Shown: in pieces, positions 9,047-16,280 of the stretch
Position numbering within the stretch: position 1 is the first letter of the stretch
Layout of the letters: each line of letters opens with the position of its first letter
Source: an uncultured Candidatus Saccharibacteria bacterium
GTDB lineage: Bacteria; Patescibacteriota; Minisyncoccia; Phycocordibacterales; CSBR16-119
DNA: 64,000 nucleotides
Direction of reading: 5' to 3'
Assembly: GCA_964557535.1 (NCBI GenBank)
Contig: CAZLAD010000001.1
Coordinates: 58,482-122,481 of the forward strand
The notes under the pieces: model-generated
Told to the model about the DNA's origin: nothing
What the model saw: only the letters and a program-made list of their open reading frames with translations
Database searches by the model: none
Program-made: the position numbers and the translations under genes

Positions 9047-10290
9047 CATTAAACGAGCTTTACAAAATTTTTTCTGAGAAAAATCTCAATATCTCGACCG
9101 ACACTAGGAAGATTTCACCCGGCGATATTTTTATCGCGCTTCGGGGGGAAAATTTTGATGGTGGAAAATTTATCGATGAAGCTTTTGAAAAAGGCGCGAG
9201 TTTCGTTGTGTCGGAAAATTCTGACATGCTGATGGATCGAAGTGTGTACGCGACGGACTCGCTTATGGCGCTTCAAGAATTTGCGAAAATGCACCGCGAC
9301 AGTCTGCAGATTCCGATAATTGCCATCACCGGTTCGAATGGTAAGACGACGACCAAAGAACTGGTCAGAGTTGTGCTTGCGAAAAAATACAAAGTTCTCG
9401 CAAGTCCAGCAAGTTTTAACAATCACATCGGCGTACCACTTACGATTCTTTCTATCAAACCAGAACATGAAATCGCCGTGATTGAAATGGGGGACAATCA
9501 CGAAGGTGAAATCAGACGTCTTTGCGAAATTGCGCGACCGACGCACGGACTTATTACGAATATCGGGCGTGATCACATTGGCGAAGCGGGCGGGGTAGAG
9601 GCAAATGTTCGGTCAAAACTTGAATTTTATGAATATTGTAAAAATTCCGGAGCGATAAACTTCCTCAATAAAAATGATGAAATTCTATTCCAACATTCGT
9701 ACGAATGTGCGAATGAATTTTATGTAGAGGGAAAAGTTTTGGAGGCGAATGATTATTTGAAAGTCGAAATCGATGGTCAAGAAATCAAAACCAAACTTGT
9801 CGGCGACTACAATCTCGACAATATTCGCGCAACTTTCACAATCGGCCGACATTTTGAAGTTCCAGTAGAAGAAATTGTTTCGGCTCTCGAGAATTACGAA
9901 CCGACAAACAATCGTTCGCAGAAAGTTATGACCGAGAAAAATGAAATTATTCTCGATGCTTACAATGCAAACCCGGACAGCATGAAGCTCGCACTAGAAA
10001 ATTTCGCCAAAATAAAAACCGATCGTAAGAAAATTGCAATCTTGGGCGATATGTTTGAGCTTGGAAGTTTCGCGGGGGAAGAACACCAAAAAGTTTTGGA
10101 CCTTGTGTCTGATTTAAAAATTGAAAGCTATTTCGCTGGCGTAGAATTTAAAAAGCTTGGAGTTGGATTTGAAACAACAAACGAACTTATCGAACATTTA
10201 AAAGAAAACAAAATTGAAAATTCTCTCATCCTCATCAAAGGCTCGCGAGGTATGAAGATGGAAAAAGTTTTGGAAGAAAATCTTTTATAG
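9043..10290 (+). CDS. murF: UDP-MurNAc-tripeptide:D-Ala-D-Ala ligase (MurF)
   Basis: P-loop ITGSNGKTTTKE and Mur ligase central and C-terminal domains. ATGA overlap with murC. Confidence 0.9.
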   Translation: MTLNELYKIFSEKNLNISTDTRKISPGDIFIALRGENFDGGKFIDEAFEKGASFVVSENSDMLMDRSVYATDSLMALQEFAKMHRDSLQIPIIAITGSNGKTTTKELVRVVLAKKYKVLASPASFNNHIGVPLTILSIKPEHEIAVIEMGDNHEGEIRRLCEIARPTHGLITNIGRDHIGEAGGVEANVRSKLEFYEYCKNSGAINFLNKNDEILFQHSYECANEFYVEGKVLEANDYLKVEIDGQEIKTKLVGDYNLDNIRATFTIGRHFEVPVEEIVSALENYEPTNNRSQKVMTEKNEIILDAYNANPDSMKLALENFAKIKTDRKKIAILGDMFELGSFAGEEHQKVLDLVSDLKIESYFAGVEFKKLGVGFETTNELIEHLKENKIENSLILIKGSRGMKMEKVLEENLL

Positions 10291-10302
10291 CTCAAATGAA
10301 AA

Positions 10303-10327
10303 ACCCGTCACATGGACGGGTTCTTCT
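10303..10327. terminator. Bidirectional intrinsic terminator between murF (+) and the 10345..10659 gene (-)
   Basis: Stem ACCCGTC/GACGGGT with loop ACATG, followed by TCTTCT on the + strand and an A-run on the other side. Confidence 0.6.
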
Positions 10328-10344
10328 GCGTTGTCATGGGTTGC

Positions 10345-10659
10345 TCAACGTGCGATCTTGCCCTTGAGGGCCCCACTCCACCGACCTTGCTTGTAGGCAA
10401 TGATCACGGTGTCACCAGGCTTGATCACCTCGTAAAGTTCCTTCGAGATGAAGACGCCGATCTCTCCCGCTTCCGTCGTGGCGTAGAAGAGCGCAACGTC
10501 ATCGTAAGTCGGATAGCCATTCAAGGCCAGCCGGAGTCGTCTTGTCCGATTCAGGTGGGTGATCGTGACCTTTTCGTAGCGGCTCTCGACGAACAGAAGT
10601 TCCAGCCAGCTAGGGACAGGAAGCGGGGTGTTTGAAAAAGCGAAGGGGACGTGTGTCAT
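10345..10659 (-). CDS. Hypothetical protein with a C-terminal AbrB/MazE-like (swapped-hairpin) motif, in a GC-rich islet
   Basis: About 55% GC. The C-terminal GEIGVFISKELYEVIKPGDTVII fits the G.v.iPkeiR..lgi..GD.v.i pattern of AbrB/SpoVT/MazE domains. A minus-strand promoter TTGACG-17-TATTTT lies at 10688-10716, so the second Met (MTHVPF, 10659) is the likely start; the ORF track extends to 10716. Confidence 0.45.
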   Translation of the reverse strand: MTHVPFAFSNTPLPVPSWLELLFVESRYEKVTITHLNRTRRLRLALNGYPTYDDVALFYATTEAGEIGVFISKELYEVIKPGDTVIIAYKQGRWSGALKGKIAR

Positions 10660-10687
10660 TGTTGGGGTGCGTTGGTTTCTTAAATAC

Positions 10688-10716
10688 AAAATATCAGAAG
10701 GATTACAAAACGTCAA
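10688..10716 (-). promoter_or_regulatory. Sigma70-like promoter for the 10345..10659 gene
   Basis: On the minus strand: TTGACG, a 17-nt spacer, then TATTTT, about 30 nt upstream of the ATG. Confidence 0.45.
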
Positions 10717-10740
10717 GGGTATTTAGCCTTCGCTTAAAAA

Positions 10741-10749
10741 TGCTATACT
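10741..10749 (+). promoter_or_regulatory. Extended -10 (TGcTATACT) 9 nt upstream of the mreB ATG; leaderless-type promoter
   Basis: TGcTATACT at 10741-10749, ATG at 10759, and no Shine-Dalgarno. Confidence 0.55.
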
Positions 10750-10758
10750 CCATTCCAC

Positions 10759-11772
10759 ATGGCATTTTTTTCAAAGAAAATCGGAGTTGATTTAGGCACG
10801 GCCAATATTTTGGTCTATGTGCCGGGCAAGGGCGTCGTTTTGAACGAACCGTCGGTTGTGGCCGTGTCTGAACAAGACAACCGTATCCTCGCCATTGGTG
10901 ATGCCGCCAAACAAATGATTGGTAGAACGCCCGAAAATATCGTTGCGCATCGTCCGATGAAAGACGGCGTGATTGCCGACTATCGTATGACCGAGGCAAT
11001 GCTCAAATATTTCATCGGTCGGGCAATGGGAAGTTTCTCGCTTTGGAAACCAGACGTAATGGTGTCGGTGCCGGCTGGAGTTACTTCGACCGAACGTCGT
11101 GCTGTTGTCGAAGCGACCATGAAAGCTGGTGCTAGAAACGCATATATTGTAAAAGAACCAATTCTCGCCGCAATCGGCGCCGGAATTCCAATTTATGAGT
11201 CGCGTGGGCACATGATTGTCGACATCGGCGGAGGTACAACCGACGTGGCGGTGATATGCCTCGGCGGAATTGTCGCATGTACGTCGGTCAAAGTCGCTGG
11301 AGATAAAATTGATTCTGCGATTGCGGATTTTATCAAGAAAACTTTTAATCTCGCGATTGGTGATCGCACTGCCGAACAAGTGAAAATCAAAATTGGTTCA
11401 GCCGTTGTGATGGAAGAACCACTTCTCGCAACTATCAAAGGCCGGGATTTTGTCCAGGGACTTCCACGCACCGCGCAGGTGTCGACGAACGATATAGTGA
11501 AAGCAATTGATAAAGAACTCCGTGCCATCGTGCGTGCTATCAAAGATGTACTCCAAGAAACTCCGCCGGAACTTGCCTCTGACATCATCGATCAGGGTAT
11601 AATTCTGACAGGCGGATCATCTTTGCTTCGAAATCTTCCAGAACTCATCTATCAGAAAACTGGCGTGAAGGCGAGGCTTGCCGATGAACCGCTTTATTGT
11701 GTCGTGCGGGGAACGGGCGTCGCGCTTGATCACTTGGATACCTACAAACGTTCGATTATTTCTAAACGTTAA
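10759..11772 (+). CDS. mreB: Rod-shape-determining actin homolog MreB
   Basis: IGVDLGTANILVYV, DIGGGTTDVAVI and LTGGSSLLRNL actin-fold motifs. Confidence 0.93.
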   Translation: MAFFSKKIGVDLGTANILVYVPGKGVVLNEPSVVAVSEQDNRILAIGDAAKQMIGRTPENIVAHRPMKDGVIADYRMTEAMLKYFIGRAMGSFSLWKPDVMVSVPAGVTSTERRAVVEATMKAGARNAYIVKEPILAAIGAGIPIYESRGHMIVDIGGGTTDVAVICLGGIVACTSVKVAGDKIDSAIADFIKKTFNLAIGDRTAEQVKIKIGSAVVMEEPLLATIKGRDFVQGLPRTAQVSTNDIVKAIDKELRAIVRAIKDVLQETPPELASDIIDQGIILTGGSSLLRNLPELIYQKTGVKARLADEPLYCVVRGTGVALDHLDTYKRSIISKR

Positions 11773-11775
11773 ACT

Positions 11776-12447
11776 ATGGGACTTGAAGAATTGAAAAATG
11801 GTTTGAATCATCACGCGTATCTGATCGAAGGTGATTTGGAGCTTTCTTTCAAGGAACTTTTGCTTGCACTCGAACGACTGGAGATACCGACGCTTGGTAA
11901 TCCAGACCTTTTTATGAAAGAATACGAAAACCTGCTCATCGATCACGCGCGTGAGATCAAAGATTTCCAAAGTGAATCAGCTTCCGAGAAAAACAAAAAG
12001 AAAATCATGATTTTAAAAACACGGATGTTTTCTTATCCGGCCCAGAACGCACTTCTGAAAGTTTTCGAAGAACCACGTCCGGGCGTGGTCGTGTTTCTCA
12101 TCATGCCGGATTCGACAAAACTTTATCCGACGCTTCGTTCTAGACTTCTTGGCACTGTCGGTGAATACGCCCCGCATGATCAGCTAAAAAAAGATGCGAA
12201 AGTTTTCTTGAAGGGGACAATCAAAAATCGCTTGGACTTCCTGAAAAAGTTTTTGGATATCGAATCAAAGCCCAAGCTCAAAGAAGTCGCACTTAATTTT
12301 CTAAACCAACTCGAAGAAGAACTGGCCAAAAGCGATACTTTGGCGGACAAGGACAAAGTCAAAGACATTTATATGGTCAAAAAATACATCGGCGATCAGG
12401 GTTCGAGCCCAAAGATTCTCCTTGAGCATTTGGCAGCGATTTTGTAA
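11776..12447 (+). CDS. holB: DNA polymerase III delta'-like clamp-loader subunit (HolB-like)
   Basis: NALLKVFEEPRPGVVVFLI...TLRSRL matches the delta' sensor and SRC region. No P-loop is present, which is typical of delta'. Confidence 0.6.
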   Translation: MGLEELKNGLNHHAYLIEGDLELSFKELLLALERLEIPTLGNPDLFMKEYENLLIDHAREIKDFQSESASEKNKKKIMILKTRMFSYPAQNALLKVFEEPRPGVVVFLIMPDSTKLYPTLRSRLLGTVGEYAPHDQLKKDAKVFLKGTIKNRLDFLKKFLDIESKPKLKEVALNFLNQLEEELAKSDTLADKDKVKDIYMVKKYIGDQGSSPKILLEHLAAIL

Positions 12448-12477
12448 GTTTTGGGTATAACATTTGAAAATGTCGTA

Positions 12478-12582
12478 TTGTTAAAAGTTCGCGTACGCGG
12501 ATTTTTAACAATATTTAGATTTATTAATATATTAATAAATTCATAAATCCGTAAATTCATAAACTAATTTATGAATTTACGG
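12478..12582. repeat. Cluster of three consecutive palindromes in the holB-to-GC-island spacer
   Basis: (1) TTGTTAAAA...TTTTAACAA enclosing the palindrome CGCGTACGCG (12478-12511). (2) A perfect 22-nt palindrome ATTTATTAATATATTAATAAAT (12519-12540). (3) CCGTAAATTCATAAA-ctaa-TTTATGAATTTACGG with 15-bp arms (12549-12582). Confidence 0.8.
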
Positions 12583-12638
12583 ATCTTAATACCTTACATC
12601 AGTTAGGTGATGCAAAGGTATTGAACTATTACGGAGAC

Positions 12639-12666
12639 TTGACAAGAATTTTGATTCGTGTATAAT
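12639..12666 (+). promoter_or_regulatory. Near-consensus sigma70 promoter (TTGACA-16-TATAAT)
   Basis: TTGACA at 12639-12644 and TATAAT at 12661-12666. An AAAGAGG RBS-like motif lies 10 nt upstream of the ATG at 12724. Confidence 0.7.
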
Positions 12667-12723
12667 ACCCCACGAACCAAAGCTCTTGTGGCAATATCGC
12701 CACATACAAAAGAGGTTCGCAAA

Positions 12724-13215
12724 ATGCCCCAATTCCTCAAGCGACCGTGGCACGTCCTCGGTCTGGTGGCCTTGTTGGCCATCGGTTATACGATCCCACT
12801 GCAGATGAAGGCCGCCAAGTTCGACAGCTACACCGCCAGCGCGCTGACCGTTCCGGATGATCCGGCGCTCGTGACCCACGACCGGTTGGCCGTGAGCTAC
12901 GAGAACCATTTCGCCAATTGGACCCTGATCGACGGCCGCGGCACCAGCACGGTGAGCGTGACCACGGATGACCCGTGGAGCGTGAGCACCAGCGAAAGCC
13001 CGCATTTCGAAGGATATCAGCATTACATCATCGAGAACTTCAAGCACGACGTGAACTTCAGCATTTCGGATGTGAACGTGAGCGCCCAGGTGGCCGGTGG
13101 CCTGCTGGTGCCCATCGTGGGCCCGGCGGACAGCGATCATCAGCGATGGAGCAGTACGGCCCGCGATTACCGTTTGGCAGTGCGCGTGGTGAACCTGCGA
13201 ACGTGTCGGTGCTAG
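12724..13215 (+). CDS. Secreted or exported hypothetical protein (about 164 aa) in a 60% GC cassette
   Basis: N-terminal hydrophobic signal/TM (WHVLGLVALLAIGYTIPLQ). GC3-rich, E. coli-like codon usage (ctg, ggc, agc, acc, ccg), which is foreign to the host. It has its own promoter upstream and a terminator downstream. The antisense ORF 12586..13221 is judged an artefact. Confidence 0.55.
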   Translation: MPQFLKRPWHVLGLVALLAIGYTIPLQMKAAKFDSYTASALTVPDDPALVTHDRLAVSYENHFANWTLIDGRGTSTVSVTTDDPWSVSTSESPHFEGYQHYIIENFKHDVNFSISDVNVSAQVAGGLLVPIVGPADSDHQRWSSTARDYRLAVRVVNLRTCRC

Positions 13216-13285
13216 AAGCACGAGCTTCCTAGCACCTTCACTCTTTCCGCCCGCACGGGAACCCCCGAGCGAGTAGGAAACCCCG

Positions 13286-13319
13286 AACCCCGGCCCGTAA
13301 GCCGGGGTTCTTCTTTTTT
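13286..13319 (+). terminator. Rho-independent terminator of the GC-rich cassette
   Basis: Stem AACCCCGGC/GCCGGGGTT with loop CCGTAA, followed by TCTTCTTTTTTA. Confidence 0.8.
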
Positions 13320-13333
13320 ATAAAACAAATTTC

Positions 13334-13342
13334 TGCTACAAT
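13334..13342 (+). promoter_or_regulatory. Extended -10 TGcTACAAT 6 nt upstream of the frr ATG (leaderless)
   Basis: TGCTACAAT, then ttgccc, then ATG at 13349. Confidence 0.55.
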
Positions 13343-13348
13343 TTGCCC

Positions 13349-13903
13349 ATGCAATTTAATTTCAAACCTTTCGAAGACGCGGTCAAAAATACCAAAGATT
13401 GGCTTACCAAAGAATACGCCTCGCTTCATACCGGCGCTGCGAGTCCGATGGTTCTTGACGGTATCATGGTTGATTCTTATGGTACGCGTCAGCCGATCAA
13501 AAACGTCGCCTCGATTTCGATCGAAGACCCAAAAACTTTGCGTGTGATGCCGTGGGACAAGGGTCAGCTCAAAGAAATCGAAAAAGAAATCATGACTTCG
13601 GACCTTGGACTTTCTGTTGTAATCGATGCCACCGGGCTTCGCGTGATTTTTCCCATGCTTACGACCGAGACCCGTGAAAAACTTGTTAAGGTTTTAAAAA
13701 CCAAACTCGAAGACGCGCGAGTAACTGTTCGCAAGGAGCGCGAAAACAATTTACGAGAAATTGATCGTATGGCGCGCGAAGGTGAAATGTCCGAGGACGA
13801 GAAAATCCGCGCCAAGGATCGTTTGCAGGGTATAGTCGATGAAGCCAATACCGATCTTGAAAAGATATTTTTAGCCAAAGAAGCCGTTGTAATGGGTAAA
13901 TAA
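13349..13903 (+). CDS. frr: Ribosome recycling factor
   Basis: Full-length RRF similarity (…HTGAASPMVLDGIMVDSYG…TREKLVKVLKTKLEDARVTVRKERENNLREI…). The ORF track starts at a TTG at 13343. Confidence 0.9.
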   Translation: MQFNFKPFEDAVKNTKDWLTKEYASLHTGAASPMVLDGIMVDSYGTRQPIKNVASISIEDPKTLRVMPWDKGQLKEIEKEIMTSDLGLSVVIDATGLRVIFPMLTTETREKLVKVLKTKLEDARVTVRKERENNLREIDRMAREGEMSEDEKIRAKDRLQGIVDEANTDLEKIFLAKEAVVMGK

Positions 13904-13907
13904 TTTT

Positions 13908-15011
13908 GTGTCCGTTATTATTTTTATAATCATTTTGGCCGTTCTTATTATCGTTCATGAATACGGGCACTTTATTGTGGCGAAAAAAAGCGGAATTCGG
14001 GTTGACGAATTTGGATTGGGCTACCCACCAAAAGCCAAAACATTATTTAGAAAAAACGGAACAGATTTTACTTTAAACTGGCTTCCGTTTGGCGGATTTG
14101 TAAAAATCTTTGGTGAAAATCCGGACGATGAATCACTCGAAGGAATTCATAAAAACTCTGCATTTGTAAACAAGCCAAAACTTATTCAAGCAGGGGTTCT
14201 TTTTGCTGGTCCGGCGTTTAATTTTATTTTCGCTTGGCTCATTATCATCATTACACTGTTCGTCGGACTCCCAACAACTATCAATGATTCTATGCAGGAA
14301 CGATTTGTTTCTGATCAGGCGACAATTGTTACTCAGGTCGTGTCTGGTTCGCCGGCCGAAGTCGCCGGACTTGTCGTGGGTGACAAGATTTCTTCGGTTG
14401 TGGTTGGTGTTGAAAAATACGATCATATAAATACCAAAGATTTGCGTGATTTAGTTATTGCCAATCCTGAAAAAACATTTGTTATAAATTACAAAAGAGT
14501 CGACGCAGAAAATAGCGTGGAATTAACACCAAAATTAGATGTCGAAACGGGCGAAAAATTATTGGGTGTTGGGATAGATAATTACGGTATTTATAAACCA
14601 AATTTTAGCAATGCTGTCCTCGACAGTTTTAAATTTACGGGCGCAATGATTGCTAACATATCTGTGGCTTTGTGGTCGCTTATCAAAGGGGTTTTTGTTG
14701 GTGGGGCAGATATTGCAAATTTGACTGGCCCGATTGGAATTGTCGGACTCGTGGGAGATGCAAGCAAAATGGGCTTGGCGTACGTTTTGACATTTACCGC
14801 TCTTATATCGATAAACCTAGGACTCATCAATTTGATACCTTTTCCGGCTCTAGATGGCGGAAGACTATTGTTTTTGCTTATTGAGAAAATAAAGGGTGGA
14901 CGAGTGAACTACAAAATTTTAAATTTTTTGAATTTAATTGGTTTTTCAATTTTGATACTTCTGATGTTGTTTATAAGCTACAAAGACATTGGGAGACTCA
15001 TAGGATCCTAG
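13908..15011 (+). CDS. rseP: Site-2 zinc metalloprotease RseP/RasP family (M50) with PDZ domain
   Basis: HEYGHFIVAK HExxH motif in TM1, a central PDZ-like region, a C-terminal LDGG motif, and multiple TM helices. GTG start. Confidence 0.85.
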   Translation: MSVIIFIIILAVLIIVHEYGHFIVAKKSGIRVDEFGLGYPPKAKTLFRKNGTDFTLNWLPFGGFVKIFGENPDDESLEGIHKNSAFVNKPKLIQAGVLFAGPAFNFIFAWLIIIITLFVGLPTTINDSMQERFVSDQATIVTQVVSGSPAEVAGLVVGDKISSVVVGVEKYDHINTKDLRDLVIANPEKTFVINYKRVDAENSVELTPKLDVETGEKLLGVGIDNYGIYKPNFSNAVLDSFKFTGAMIANISVALWSLIKGVFVGGADIANLTGPIGIVGLVGDASKMGLAYVLTFTALISINLGLINLIPFPALDGGRLLFLLIEKIKGGRVNYKILNFLNLIGFSILILLMLFISYKDIGRLIGS

Positions 15012-15127
15012 CCCAAATCTCTGGGGTTGACAGGTATTTGACATTAATTTGCTTTAATGATAGTATACAAACTACAAAGATTTTGAATTTAAAAAGAATA
15101 AATTATTAGCAATTTAAAGGTATATTT

Positions 15128-16165
15128 ATGGCAATTATTTCCTTCAGACCAAAACAAGTTAGTAAGAAGCTTTTGTCCTCCCTCAAGGACCGTTCTTTTG
15201 ATGTCATTGCGAACCGCTATGGTCTCACGGATGATGCCGAAAGAAAGACTCTAGAGGCTATTGGACAGAAGTACGGAATTACCCGCGAACGTGTTCGACA
15301 GATTGAAAATACCGCTTTGGCCACGATTCGCAAGTCAAAGGAAATGTCCGAATCACAAGAGGTTTTTGATGAATTAAAAAATCTTTTACACTCTCTCGGT
15401 GCTATTGTGTCCGAAGAAGAGTTTTTGGAACATGTTTCGAAAGATAAATCGACACAAAACCACATCCATCTATATTTGGTTTTGGGTGATGAATTTGAGA
15501 AGTCTAAAGAAGATGACGATTTCAACGCGCGTTGGTCCTTAAATCACGAAATTGTCGAAAACGTTCACGAGGCTTTGCGTAAACTCTATGCATCTTTGGG
15601 TGACGACGAACTTCTTCCAGAATCGAAAATCGTAGAAAAATTCCTCAGTTTCATCAAGACTGTTTCTGAAGAGCATCGCGATGCTGAAATTGCTAAACGA
15701 TGGTTGCGATTATCAAAGAAGGTTGGCAAAAATCCTTTGAATGAATGGGGCAAGGCTGAATCTAAAAATGTCAAAACTCGCGGTGTCAAAGACTACACAT
15801 TCCTCGTGATGCGAAGACATGGTGAACCTATGCACTTCCGAGAAGTCGCCGAGGCCATCACAAAAACTTTCAACAGAAAGACTTTGGCTGCCACTACTCA
15901 TAACGAACTAATCAAAGACCCTCGTTTTGTTCTTGTTGGACGTGGACGATATGCGTTACGTGAATGGGGTTACAAACCAGGAATAGTGCGCGAAGTCATC
16001 GAAGGCATTATCCGAGAAAATGGTCCAATGACCAAAGACGAAATTGTCGACGCAGTTCTAAAAGAAAGATTTCTAAAAAGAAACACTATCCTCGTAAATC
16101 TCCATAACCCAAAATATTTCAAGAAACTCAAAGACGGACGATACGATAACGTTTCAAGTAAGTAA
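15128..16165 (+). CDS. Sigma-70 region-4 HTH fused to a C-terminal HARE-HTH winged helix; putative transcription factor
   Basis: The N-terminus LTDDAERKTLEAIGQKYGITRERVRQIENTALATIRK is an excellent sigma region 4.2 match. The C-terminus FREVAEAI...HNELIKDPRFVLVGRGRYALREWGY matches the HARE-HTH signature of the RNAP delta subunit. No sigma regions 2 or 3 are present. Confidence 0.6.
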   Translation: MAIISFRPKQVSKKLLSSLKDRSFDVIANRYGLTDDAERKTLEAIGQKYGITRERVRQIENTALATIRKSKEMSESQEVFDELKNLLHSLGAIVSEEEFLEHVSKDKSTQNHIHLYLVLGDEFEKSKEDDDFNARWSLNHEIVENVHEALRKLYASLGDDELLPESKIVEKFLSFIKTVSEEHRDAEIAKRWLRLSKKVGKNPLNEWGKAESKNVKTRGVKDYTFLVMRRHGEPMHFREVAEAITKTFNRKTLAATTHNELIKDPRFVLVGRGRYALREWGYKPGIVREVIEGIIRENGPMTKDEIVDAVLKERFLKRNTILVNLHNPKYFKKLKDGRYDNVSSK

Positions 16166-16173
16166 GAAAGAAC

Positions 16174-16262
16174 ACAAAAAGCCGTTTATAAATTTTTTCC
16201 CCTGCGAAAGCGTGTCTACGCACTAAAGTCCTCGGGTTCAAAAATTTATAAACGGCTTTTTG
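16174..16262. repeat. Long inverted repeat (23-bp AT-rich arms around a 42-nt GC-richer loop) between 15128..16165 and the next gene
   Basis: CAAAAAGCCGTTTATAAATTTTT ... AAAAATTTATAAACGGCTTTTTG. The loop contains GCGTGTCTACGCAC. It is immediately followed by a TGcTACAAT -10. Confidence 0.7.
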
Positions 16263-16265
16263 CTA

Positions 16266-16274
16266 TGCTACAAT
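16266..16274 (+). promoter_or_regulatory. Extended -10 TGcTACAAT 6 nt upstream of the ATG at 16281 (leaderless)
   Basis: TGCTACAAT, then tattcc, then ATG. Confidence 0.5.
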
Positions 16275-16280
16275 TATTCC

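Noticed and set aside
10312-10635. 107-aa plus-strand ORF overlapping the 10345..10659 gene
   Set aside because: It would start inside the murF terminator hairpin. The minus-strand frame has a promoter, a terminator and an AbrB-like motif.
12586-13221. 211-aa minus-strand ORF overlapping the GC-rich cassette
   Set aside because: It is His/Arg/Ala-rich antisense noise typical of high-GC DNA. The plus-strand ORF has a promoter, an RBS, a signal peptide and a terminator.
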